Numbered from the stretch's first letter, positions 1 through 7,980 are shown. The stretch is DNA of 25,134 nucleotides from a virus (IMGVR_UViG_3300032301_000175:1-25134), one strand, 5' to 3'. The notes: generated by a model from the letters alone, not told the origin. A program made the numbers and translations.

Positions 1-249
1 CAGTACGCCGATGGAATCGTCGACGCGGTAGAGATCGCACAGCTTGCATTGAAGACGGATAACTCAACCGGATTAGCAGATGAAGTCGAAAAGCTCCGCA
101 AAGAAAATGCGGAGTTTAAAAAACGTTTACAACCTGGAGTTGGTTCACCGTCAACACTGGCGCCTAAAAAACAATTTAGAGATCTATCGGTCTCTGAACA
201 AGGTGCCGAGCTCCGCCGAATGGCAGTAGAATTTGACGAAGCTAACTAA
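1..249 (+). CDS. Capsid scaffolding protein, C-terminal part (5' end truncated by the window)
   Basis: Frame is open from base 1 (QYADGIVDAVEIAQLALKTD...) to TAA at 249. It is helical/coiled-coil and charged, and lies directly upstream of the major capsid gene. Confidence 0.65.
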   Translation, partial: QYADGIVDAVEIAQLALKTDNSTGLADEVEKLRKENAEFKKRLQPGVGSPSTLAPKKQFRDLSVSEQGAELRRMAVEFDEAN

Positions 250-275
250 GGTTTAGACACAGGAGATAAAATTAT

Positions 276-1292
276 ATGGCACTAGTAACCTCTGGCTCGC
301 TCGCAGCGGCCTACCAAGAGTACTTCTCGAAAGAATTACTCCAACGTCAATTGCCCATCCTTCAGATGGAACAATTCGGAATGAAAGCCGCTCTTCCCCG
401 GAAGAACGGCAACAAGCAGATTCGCTTCTTCCGTTACGACAATCCGAGCATTAGCTCAATTATCGAAGTAACCTCAGAAGGCACAAACCCTGGATCGAAC
501 GAACGTCAGTTGACCTTGTCGACTGTTGGTGCGACCCTCCAGCAATTCGCCAGCTTGGTCAAGCTGTCTGACATCCTACAGGCCACAAACCTGTTTGATT
601 CCATGGCACAGGCCACGACCCAATTGGCAGAAGATCACGCGTTACACGCGGATACATTGGTGCACCGTGTGCTCACGACCGGAACTACCTCCGGAACTGG
701 CACTCTGTCGACCTCTGTTCGCTACGCGCAGAACAGCAACTCGACGGCATTCATCGCCGCGACAGCAGCCAACTCGTCCTTCACGGCACTCGACTTGCTC
801 GATTCCGTGACGTCACTCCGGGTTGACAAGGCTCCTACGATCAAGGGCGGATACGTCCTGGTTGCAGATCCTCGCACTGCTCGCTCGATCCTTAATGATG
901 ACGACTATATCCAGGCGCATCACTATTCGGGCACGGACAGCTTGCTGAAGGGTGAGGTTGGCGCGTACTACGGAGTGAAGACTCTGTTGTCGCACAACAT
1001 TCTGTCCTTCGGTTCTGCTTCTGCTAATGCCATCTCTGGCACTGCAGCTGCGTCCTATAACTCCAGCACAGCGCCTTTCTTGGCGAACATTGTGCTCGGT
1101 GACCAGGCATTCGGCGTACCTAGCCTCACAGGCGACTCGCCCTATAGCCCCAAGGTTCTGATTGCGGAAGGTCCGGACAAGTCCGACCCTCTGGATTTGG
1201 TAACCTCGGTTGCCGTCAAAACGTTCTACACCGCGGTTCAGTTGAACGGAGCGTTCTACCGAGTCGTGTTTAGCCGTTCTGAAGTCAGCTAA
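276..1292 (+). CDS. Major capsid protein (HK97 fold, N4-gp56-like family)
   Basis: 338 aa with AGGAG RBS at 260-264. Motifs include LPRKNGNKQIRFFRY, EGTNP, ATLQQFASLVKLSD, GEVGAYYGV and a C-terminal GPDKSDPLD, all typical of N4-gp56-type capsids. Confidence 0.88.
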   Translation: MALVTSGSLAAAYQEYFSKELLQRQLPILQMEQFGMKAALPRKNGNKQIRFFRYDNPSISSIIEVTSEGTNPGSNERQLTLSTVGATLQQFASLVKLSDILQATNLFDSMAQATTQLAEDHALHADTLVHRVLTTGTTSGTGTLSTSVRYAQNSNSTAFIAATAANSSFTALDLLDSVTSLRVDKAPTIKGGYVLVADPRTARSILNDDDYIQAHHYSGTDSLLKGEVGAYYGVKTLLSHNILSFGSASANAISGTAAASYNSSTAPFLANIVLGDQAFGVPSLTGDSPYSPKVLIAEGPDKSDPLDLVTSVAVKTFYTAVQLNGAFYRVVFSRSEVS

Positions 1293-1297
1293 TTAAC

Positions 1298-1642
1298 ATG
1301 GGCGCGATCGTATTAATGATCGGGCCCTCGGCAAAGACTCGGGGAGGCAAAAACCTCCCCGGGTCCGAGCCTAAAAAGAAGGGGTCAAAAATGGCTAACA
1401 CTGTAAGCATTCCGATCGAAAATCTAACCATCTCGCAAGAGACCGAACAGGCCGAGCCTATGGTTGGCGATATGGTTGAATTGACCGGAGAAGTTGTTGA
1501 AATCAAAGAAGGCGTTGCCATGGTTCGCGTAAGCGAGGCAGAAGGAGAGATGGAAGAAGAATCTCCAGAAGCCGAAACCGAAGGCGAACGTCTCAGGAAT
1601 GCAGCCGTCGAGATGGACGGTGGGGAAATGATGGAAGACTGA
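1298..1642 (+). CDS. Acidic hypothetical protein (alternative start at ATG 1391)
   Basis: Very E/M-rich with a short beta-rich core (PMVGDMVELTGEVVEIKEGVAMVRV). TGATG overlap with the next gene. Confidence 0.7.
   Translation: MGAIVLMIGPSAKTRGGKNLPGSEPKKKGSKMANTVSIPIENLTISQETEQAEPMVGDMVELTGEVVEIKEGVAMVRVSEAEGEMEEESPEAETEGERLRNAAVEMDGGEMMED
1336..1365 (+). other. Strong GC-rich stem-loop downstream of the capsid gene (mRNA stabiliser, attenuator or terminator candidate)
   Basis: GACTCGGGGAGG-caaaaa-CCTCCCCGGGTC forms a 12-bp stem with one G-T pair. No U-tract follows it. Confidence 0.55.
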
Positions 1643-1935
1643 TGCCACTCTACGAGTATGAAGACAGGGACACAGGGGGCGTTGTAACGCTCGAGCGTCC
1701 GGTAGATGAAAGGGACAATGTCCCGAGTAAACTAAAACGACGCAACTTTCCCTCCAGCTTCAGACTTGTTAACTGTGGTTCAGATCCAGCATACCACCCA
1801 GCGGCCATGGATGGTCGCAACATTCTAAAAGGTTATCACGCACTAGAACAAAAACTCGGCTCCAAGTTCCGCCCAAGACATAAAGCCGATACAATCAAAC
1901 AAGTTTGGGCAAAACATAGGAAATTAGATCCATGA
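1642..1935 (+). CDS. FmdB-like (zinc-ribbon regulator family) small protein, variant without the CxxC pairs
   Basis: N-terminal MPLYEY matches the FmdB-family start MPxYEY, but the CxxC motifs are absent. Translationally coupled on both sides. Confidence 0.55.
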   Translation: MPLYEYEDRDTGGVVTLERPVDERDNVPSKLKRRNFPSSFRLVNCGSDPAYHPAAMDGRNILKGYHALEQKLGSKFRPRHKADTIKQVWAKHRKLDP

Positions 1936-2123
1936 GTGATATTAATCTGCGTCGCGAGTTGAAAGCAAAAGGCAAGCCCATCCGGCTTGACTCAGCCAAG
2001 GAAGCAGTTGCTGTTGAGTTCATCACGACAGCAACCACAGGGACATTTGTCTCGGGTACTTCTACCCTTGGCATCACAGTCCGACTGAACGGCACTAACT
2101 ACAAGATCCCGGTCTACAGCTAA
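1932..2123 (+). CDS. Small putative virion protein (head fibre/decoration-like)
   Basis: 63 aa, ATGA overlap. The C-terminal ITVRLNGTNYKIPVY resembles beta-hairpin ends of phage fibre or decoration proteins. Confidence 0.55.
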   Translation: MSDINLRRELKAKGKPIRLDSAKEAVAVEFITTATTGTFVSGTSTLGITVRLNGTNYKIPVYS

Positions 2124-2359
2124 TGTCTGCCGAATTAGATCGTTTTGGGGCTAGGAACGGTTTTACCGTTGGCACCACAGGCGTTTCCGGGCAGGCATAT
2201 TGGGCAATCCAAATGCTGGCCGACACGACCTTCAGCGCTATTGCGGGAGACTTCGATGGCACACTGACAGGCGTGACGATCGGTTCCGGGAACATAATCT
2301 ACGGACAGTTCAACAGCTTCACCGCTGGAACTGGACGTGTGATTGCCTACAAGGGCTAA
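2123..2359 (+). CDS. Small beta-rich putative virion protein
   Basis: 78 aa, G/T-rich, TAATG overlap. Ends in TIGSGNIIYGQFNSFTAGTGRVIAYK, a pattern I associate with small phage structural proteins. Confidence 0.6.
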   Translation: MSAELDRFGARNGFTVGTTGVSGQAYWAIQMLADTTFSAIAGDFDGTLTGVTIGSGNIIYGQFNSFTAGTGRVIAYKG

Positions 2360-2369
2360 TTACCTATTA

Positions 2370-2412
2370 GCAGTCAACCCGCCAAAGGTTCAAGTCCTTG
2401 GCGGGTGATTGC
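2370..2412 (+). ncRNA. Intergenic hairpin capped by a tRNA T-loop (tRNA-like minihelix candidate)
   Basis: GCAGTC-a-ACCCGCC-a-AAGG-TTCAAGT-CCTT-GGCGGGT-GATTGC gives 17 bp (one G-T), two single-A bulges and a 7-nt TTCAAGT loop. Confidence 0.5.
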
Positions 2413-2423
2413 ATTGTAATTTT

Positions 2424-2747
2424 ATGCCAAGACTATCTTTAGGACTAGGAGTGCAGACCATCCGCAAGGTTGGTGGTGGTGGTGCTGCGCCCAGCGAAAT
2501 TCCTACGGCAACTACGACTATTGTTAATATTAGCGTTCCAGACCTTGGGCTTGATGGACTTTTCACTAAACTTACACCAGGTTCTTGGGATGGCCCAGGA
2601 TTTTATACGCTTAATTTTAGTTATGTTTGGTTACTAAATTATGATGGAGATACTGTGGGGATAAACGATTTAGCAATCCAAACAGAAAATTACATACCTC
2701 AAACGGGCTGGAGAGATCCTGCAACAACAATAACAGTTGTGGCCTAA
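2424..2747 (+). CDS. Hypothetical, probably virion-associated protein with a Gly linker and a variable body
   Basis: ATG at 2424 (MPRLSLGLGVQTIRKVGGGGAAPS). The body is AT-rich and rich in aromatic residues. Confidence 0.65.
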   Translation: MPRLSLGLGVQTIRKVGGGGAAPSEIPTATTTIVNISVPDLGLDGLFTKLTPGSWDGPGFYTLNFSYVWLLNYDGDTVGINDLAIQTENYIPQTGWRDPATTITVVA

Positions 2748-2763
2748 CCATCACCGCCGCTTG

Positions 2764-2892
2764 ATGAACATTCCGCTAGTCATCCTCTGCCTTGCCCTTT
2801 CCTCCTGCTCACCAAAGCACGAAGACAACAATGCTCTCCCACGCTACAGTGACATGAGTGCTGCATCTGACCTGGGGGCTACTAAGCCATGA
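2764..2892 (+). CDS. Small lipoprotein (42 aa; spanin or exclusion candidate), missing from the ORF track
   Basis: MNIPLVILCLALSSCSPKHEDNNALPRYSDMSAASDLGATKP has a hydrophobic stretch and lipobox LSSC. ATGA overlap with the next gene. Confidence 0.65.
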   Translation: MNIPLVILCLALSSCSPKHEDNNALPRYSDMSAASDLGATKP

Positions 2893-3116
2893 GCGAAGAG
2901 CAAGTCTGGAGCATAGAAATCAAATTGGCCCGGATGGAAGAGCGCCAGGTCCAATTGTATAACATGGTCGAGACCTCCTTGTCAAAGTACGGAGATGTGG
3001 TAAACAGAGTATCTGCCTTAGAGCACTTCCGGACAAAGGCGTTAGCCATAGCCGGGATTATTGGACTGATATGCTCAATAGCCTGGGACATGCTTAAAAA
3101 TCGTTTAGGGAATTAG
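2889..3116 (+). CDS. Holin-like / XhlA-like membrane protein
   Basis: N-terminal coiled coil (LARMEERQ...RVSALE), a single C-terminal transmembrane segment (ALAIAGIIGLICSIAW) and a basic tail. Confidence 0.55.
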   Translation: MSEEQVWSIEIKLARMEERQVQLYNMVETSLSKYGDVVNRVSALEHFRTKALAIAGIIGLICSIAWDMLKNRLGN

Positions 3117-3127
3117 GAGACAATACA

Positions 3128-4615
3128 ATGGCATCACTAACAGCAGGAGTAACATTTACAGACGGAGTCGCAAACGACGTAACCGCGGCCAAGCTAGGCG
3201 CGTTGGTTACAGCTGCCACGCCAACCTCCGGCCTTATTCAAGATCGTACTGCCGAGACTGTTACTGCTACAAACGACACGCTTTTAATTGGTGACGCTTC
3301 CGACTCAAACAACCTAAAGCGTATTACAGTAGCCAACTTCGCCCAAACCTTGCCAACGGCCAAGGTAACAACTGGAACGATTGAGACAGGCACGTTTGGG
3401 ACTACGACATCCACGGCGGCCACGATTACTACCCTTACCGCTGGAACAACTACCTCTACCGCTGCCACAATCACTACTGGAACAATCCCAACCTTAGTCG
3501 CAACAACCCTTGTCACCACAGGCACAGGTACAGCAGCAGCCCCAGCAATTGTTCCTACTGGCGATACCAACACAGGCATTTTCTTTCCCGCCGCAGACAC
3601 GATTGCGTTTAGCGAGGGCGGTGCGGAGGCGATGAGGATTGATTCAAGTGGCAATGTCGGGATTGGGACTGTGAGTCCTCGTGGTAAGCTAGATGTAAGT
3701 GAGGATGTTTATGTTGCAGCAGGAAAGCAGATTCAAATTACTGGAAGCCCTGGAACGACTGGTCTTCAGTTGTTCGGACAAGACGCAGCCGAATCCTTGA
3801 TTGGGACAATGAGTTCTCAGTCGCTAGTGTTACGCACTAACGCCACCGAACGCCTCCGCATTGATTCAAGTGGCAATGTCGGGATTGGGACTGTGAGTCC
3901 TGGCACAAAACTTGACGTTAATGCGTCTTCAAATACTGGAATTAGAATCACAAACGGAACGATGACTGGCCTATTTTTCAATAGTGCAGACACATCAATA
4001 GTATTTGGGACGCAAACAAATCATCCAGTAAACTTTTATGCAAATAATTTGCTGGCTGCGACTTTAAGCACAAGCGGGAATTTTGGAGTTGGAACAAGCG
4101 CCCCAAGCGGAACACTTCATTCTGTTTCCGCATCCGCATCTACAGCTGCTGGAATTTTTCAAATAACTGCAACATCATCGACATCGCAAGCAGCACTTTC
4201 TGTTATAAAACAAGACTCTAATACTACAACTAATCAGACATTTGTTTTATTCCAACACGCTGGTGGAACTAATTGTGGAAAAATTAACGCAAACGGAGCA
4301 AATACAGCAGCATTTGGTTCTACTTCAGACTCAAGATTAAAAGAAAATATCACAGCACTTCCAAGTCAGATTGATAATGTATGTGCATTAAAACCATGTG
4401 AATTTGATTACAAGGATGGATCTGGACATCAAATAGGATTTATTGCCCAAGAAATGCAGGAAGTATATCCAGATTCTGTGGGTGTTGGTGACGATGGAAT
4501 GTTGACAATAACTGCATGGAGCAAGACAGAGGCAAGGTTAGTCAAGGCAATCCAAGAGCTAAAAGCTAAAAATGATTTATTAGAAGCAAGGCTTGAAGCA
4601 CTAGAAGCTAAATGA
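3128..4615 (+). CDS. Tail fibre/spike protein with a C-terminal peptidase S74 intramolecular chaperone
   Basis: AGGAG RBS, Thr-rich stalk, GDTNTGIFFPAADTIAF, repeated RIDSSGNVGIGT units, then SDSRLKENI...IGFIAQEMQEVYP...LVKAIQEL and a terminal coiled coil. Confidence 0.9.
   Translation: MASLTAGVTFTDGVANDVTAAKLGALVTAATPTSGLIQDRTAETVTATNDTLLIGDASDSNNLKRITVANFAQTLPTAKVTTGTIETGTFGTTTSTAATITTLTAGTTTSTAATITTGTIPTLVATTLVTTGTGTAAAPAIVPTGDTNTGIFFPAADTIAFSEGGAEAMRIDSSGNVGIGTVSPRGKLDVSEDVYVAAGKQIQITGSPGTTGLQLFGQDAAESLIGTMSSQSLVLRTNATERLRIDSSGNVGIGTVSPGTKLDVNASSNTGIRITNGTMTGLFFNSADTSIVFGTQTNHPVNFYANNLLAATLSTSGNFGVGTSAPSGTLHSVSASASTAAGIFQITATSSTSQAALSVIKQDSNTTTNQTFVLFQHAGGTNCGKINANGANTAAFGSTSDSRLKENITALPSQIDNVCALKPCEFDYKDGSGHQIGFIAQEMQEVYPDSVGVGDDGMLTITAWSKTEARLVKAIQELKAKNDLLEARLEALEAK
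3638..3901 (+). repeat. Perfect 42-bp direct repeat (3638-3679 and 3860-3901) inside the tail fibre
   Basis: ATTGATTCAAGTGGCAATGTCGGGATTGGGACTGTGAGTCCT occurs twice, 222 bp apart and in frame. Confidence 0.95.
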
Positions 4616-5310
4616 CCCTAACCGAGATCGCTCAGTTTGCCGGAGAGAAGATTGGAAAGACCGATTCTGACACTCTCACGTTCTTGCAGAAGTCAGCATC
4701 GCTGAACTACCGGCGCGTCTGGAACTTTGCACCCTGGCGCGAAAGCGTAACTAGCTCGACGTACTCAGTATCTACATCTACCAGGACAGTGACGCTTGGG
4801 TCATTGGTGGAAAATCCTCTTTCTATTGCATATGGTGACAGCGAACTGCTGGCAGTAGACTTACAGACAATCATTAGCCAGGATGCTGACTTGCTGGACG
4901 ACAACAGGACAGGAACTCCAACCCAGTACTACTTCACAGGCCGCGGAACGTCCGGGACTGCACAGATCGATCTTTATCCGTTACTGAACACGTCGAGCAC
5001 GACGCCCCTCAAGGTGGTCGAAAAGAATCAGTGCTTAACTAGGTCAAATTATGTTGTGGACTTTCCGCCGGCGTCCAACGCAATTACCGACGAGCTCAGA
5101 TTGCCACACGTTCAGCACGTTGTCCTGGCACTGACTCACGCCGACGCCTTGGAAAGGGAGAGGCAGTACGCAAAGGCTCAGGCTGTGGTGGCAACAGCGA
5201 ATGCTGACCTATCTGCAATGGCTCAGTACGAAATGAGCCAGGTCGGAGGAATCAAGGTCATCACTCCGTCCAGCCTTGGAGAATTCAGCATATTAGACAT
5301 ATCGGTTTAG
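4612..5310 (+). CDS. Head-to-tail adaptor (tail tubular protein A / P22 gp4-like position)
   Basis: 232 aa. N-terminal MTLTEIAQ...LNYRRVWNFAPW, GTPTQYY, IDLYP and a C-terminal helical segment are typical of podophage adaptors. It precedes the nozzle. Confidence 0.75.
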   Translation: MTLTEIAQFAGEKIGKTDSDTLTFLQKSASLNYRRVWNFAPWRESVTSSTYSVSTSTRTVTLGSLVENPLSIAYGDSELLAVDLQTIISQDADLLDDNRTGTPTQYYFTGRGTSGTAQIDLYPLLNTSSTTPLKVVEKNQCLTRSNYVVDFPPASNAITDELRLPHVQHVVLALTHADALERERQYAKAQAVVATANADLSAMAQYEMSQVGGIKVITPSSLGEFSILDISV

Positions 5311-5314
5311 TGCT

Positions 5315-7147
5315 ATGCCACTTTACAACGACAACCTAGACGATCTTCTAGCCATATCCGGATCGTTTAGTTTTGATGGGGGCCAGGTATCCGGCGTCAC
5401 ACCAAGCCTAATTGCGAACAACCAGGCTAGCGATCTTTCCAATATGACGATAAGTCCGTCTGGAATTCTCCAGACGCGACAAGGGATCGAGCAGATATCT
5501 TCTAATGTATCCAGCGGATCGTCGATCCAGGGCATGCACTATCTCGACACTCCAAACATTGAACACATTATTCTGGCGACGAACGGAACGATCTACAAAA
5601 GCACAAGTGCCACCAGCTTTTCGACGACAAATGGCACGGTCACGAGCGGGGCTGTTGACGTAGACTTCACGCAATTCAAAAACAAAATTTTCTACACGGA
5701 CGGAGCTAGCGAACTTCACTACACGGACGGAACAACGTCGTACAGGCAGGGGTCAAAGGTCTCGACAATTACGGTTTCAACCCAGGGCTTAGGATATACC
5801 GGGTCGACTGCAGCAGTAACAATTGGAGCACCAAATTTAAGTGGAGGAACAAACGCAACTGCCGTTGCATTGATTTCAAGCGGAACCGTGTCTGGCGTAA
5901 CAATTCTAAACTCAGGATCTGGATACACATCTGCTCCATCAGTAACCATAGCTGCCCCACCGGCCGGTGGAGGACACTTTACGGCAACAGCCACAGCAAC
6001 CATATCAAGCATCGCCCCAGCAGGACTTCGACTAATCCGCCAGTTCACAAACAGACTTTTTGCGGTTGGAACAGGAGACAATCGGAACACTCTCTACGCA
6101 TCAGATCTTCTTGATGCAGAAGTCTGGAAATCGACGAACAGCATTATCGTTGGCGGCGACGACGGAGAGGACATTGTGGCAATTCAGCCTTTCTTTGACT
6201 TTGAAATCCTTGTGTTAAAGCCAAACAAAATCTACCTGGTAACGGCAGACCCAACAAAAGCAACGGCTGCGGAATGGAACGTAAGGTTGATCAACGACAA
6301 GGTTGGATGCCAGGCCGGGAGGACTACAATCTTTACAACTAAAGACGTGTTCTTCCTGTCGAGCGATGGGATAAGGAGCGTAGTAAGGTCGATGGCAGAC
6401 GACTTTTATACGGTCGGAGTTCCAATGTCCGAGCCTGTAAAAGATATTATTGCGAGAATCAACAGAGGATTCATCTCGAAGAGTAATGCGGCTTTCCACA
6501 ATAATAGATACTTTCTAGCGCTACCCTTAGACTCTTCGACCACATGCAATTATGTGCTCGTCTATAACACGGTCTTCGGGTCATTCGAAGGGCTATGGTC
6601 AATCAGTGCCAGCAGAATGGTGACAACGAACTTTTCTTCTGGATACACGACCACTGGGATCAAATTAGCTATTGGTAGCCCAACAGGACAAGTCGGGCAT
6701 CTGTACGACTATCTTGACCCAGATCTCCAGGGTGATGGCAACACCAACTTCAAGGACTACGGATCGTCATATGAGAGCTACCTTGTGACGAAAGCGTATG
6801 ACCTAGACGACAAGGTATCGAAGAAGTATGGGTCGCACTACGAAATTGAGTACTACTATTCAACGGCAACAAACTGCACGATCCAAATGAAGCGCGAGAC
6901 TGATTCCCAGTACGTCACAATCGGAACAGCGGTTGACACGTCTACCCCCGGGGGATTGACGCTACCGTTCACGCTTCCAGCTACCCTTTCGGCTCAAACA
7001 TACAACTTCCGGGCAGACAGTCTCAGGTCGTACCAGAAGTGGCGGAACATAAAAATCAAGATGCTGGCCCCATCCAGAAAACTTTCTATTAGGCAGATCA
7101 CTGTCGCGGCCAATCCAGACACGATCGAAATCCAGAGCAACATATGA
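5315..7147 (+). CDS. Tail nozzle / stabilisation protein (tail tubular protein B / P22 gp10-like)
   Basis: 610 aa with beta-propeller-like motifs (FDGGQVS, NRLFAVG, LYASD, GEDIVAI, VGCQAGRT, VFFLSSDGIRS, VLVYNT). Follows the adaptor. Confidence 0.8.
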   Translation: MPLYNDNLDDLLAISGSFSFDGGQVSGVTPSLIANNQASDLSNMTISPSGILQTRQGIEQISSNVSSGSSIQGMHYLDTPNIEHIILATNGTIYKSTSATSFSTTNGTVTSGAVDVDFTQFKNKIFYTDGASELHYTDGTTSYRQGSKVSTITVSTQGLGYTGSTAAVTIGAPNLSGGTNATAVALISSGTVSGVTILNSGSGYTSAPSVTIAAPPAGGGHFTATATATISSIAPAGLRLIRQFTNRLFAVGTGDNRNTLYASDLLDAEVWKSTNSIIVGGDDGEDIVAIQPFFDFEILVLKPNKIYLVTADPTKATAAEWNVRLINDKVGCQAGRTTIFTTKDVFFLSSDGIRSVVRSMADDFYTVGVPMSEPVKDIIARINRGFISKSNAAFHNNRYFLALPLDSSTTCNYVLVYNTVFGSFEGLWSISASRMVTTNFSSGYTTTGIKLAIGSPTGQVGHLYDYLDPDLQGDGNTNFKDYGSSYESYLVTKAYDLDDKVSKKYGSHYEIEYYYSTATNCTIQMKRETDSQYVTIGTAVDTSTPGGLTLPFTLPATLSAQTYNFRADSLRSYQKWRNIKIKMLAPSRKLSIRQITVAANPDTIEIQSNI

Positions 7148-7533
7148 CAGCGGTCGAATACATTGAACTGTCCGGCGTCCCGGAGTCGAGATGGCCCAAC
7201 TTTAGGGAGTGGTTTAAGTGGTACCAGGACAACTACCTGGTTGGAATTGCCAAGGACGGAGACAAGATCTCCGGGGTGGCAATTGCAAGGTGCTTGCATG
7301 AGGGCGAAGAGCCTATACATTATGTACATAGGCAGAATGGAAACACTGCATTTGTAGACTTGACGGTCACCTCTACAGATGGTAGTAGTACACCTTATAG
7401 CCGTTTGGCTATGAAGACATTATTGTCTATACTCTGGAGCAGATTTGGCCCGAGGAAGAATATTGTTTTTAATAGGGGTGGGAAAAGAAAGGTTTACGAT
7501 TACATGAAATTTATGCGAAAGGCACTATTATAA
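7144..7533 (+). CDS. Small post-nozzle protein, GNAT-like (P22 gp14 / T7 gp13 position)
   Basis: 129 aa with alpha/beta pattern (LVGIAKDGDKISGVAIAR...AFVDLTV). Syntenic position between nozzle and ejection proteins. Confidence 0.5.
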   Translation: MTAVEYIELSGVPESRWPNFREWFKWYQDNYLVGIAKDGDKISGVAIARCLHEGEEPIHYVHRQNGNTAFVDLTVTSTDGSSTPYSRLAMKTLLSILWSRFGPRKNIVFNRGGKRKVYDYMKFMRKALL

Positions 7534-7979
7534 TGGGAGGCTCACCATCAATTCCGGCACCACCTCCCCCGCCAGATCCGGGAAACGCGGCCAAGGCGAA
7601 CGAGCTTTACTATCGTTCGTCATTGGAGACATATATTGCAAATCAAGGCGACGTAGCTGCGCTAGAACAGCGCCTCCGCGAGAAGTATAATCCTCGTCAG
7701 CGCGAACTTGAGCGCCAAATGTCGGCATTAGACGCGCAGAGGGCGGCACAGACAGGGCTCCAGGTTGAGCGTGAATATGGATCACAAAGGTCCCTCGAGG
7801 CACTGCGAAGACAGTACGAAACGAATCCAAATGCGTTTGCAGTACAACGAGGACTAGGGGCCCAGGCCGCGACTCAGTACGCTCGCCTTTATGGTCAACC
7901 GGCGGAGGCTTCAGTTCCGTATGAGGTGAAGAAATCTGCTGGAGCAAAAGAAGCAAACTATTTAACAGGGTTATCGTAA
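7533..7979 (+). CDS. Putative internal virion/ejection protein (small)
   Basis: MGGSPSIPAPPPPPDP start and a Q/A/R-rich helical body. First gene of the ejection block. Confidence 0.6.
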   Translation: MGGSPSIPAPPPPPDPGNAAKANELYYRSSLETYIANQGDVAALEQRLREKYNPRQRELERQMSALDAQRAAQTGLQVEREYGSQRSLEALRRQYETNPNAFAVQRGLGAQAATQYARLYGQPAEASVPYEVKKSAGAKEANYLTGLS

Positions 7980-7980
7980 T

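Noticed and set aside
1270-1300. Programmed frameshift or readthrough extending the capsid protein
   Set aside because: No slippery heptamer precedes the TAA. The hairpin lies too far downstream and beyond the stop.
2370-2412. Complete tRNA gene or intrinsic terminator
   Set aside because: There is no D arm, anticodon arm or CCA, and no U-tract after the stem. Kept only as a T-loop hairpin.
3638-3901. DGR template/variable repeat pair or CRISPR repeats
   Set aside because: The copies are identical with no adenine-specific mismatches, there are only two, they are in frame within a CDS, and no reverse transcriptase or cas operon is in the window.
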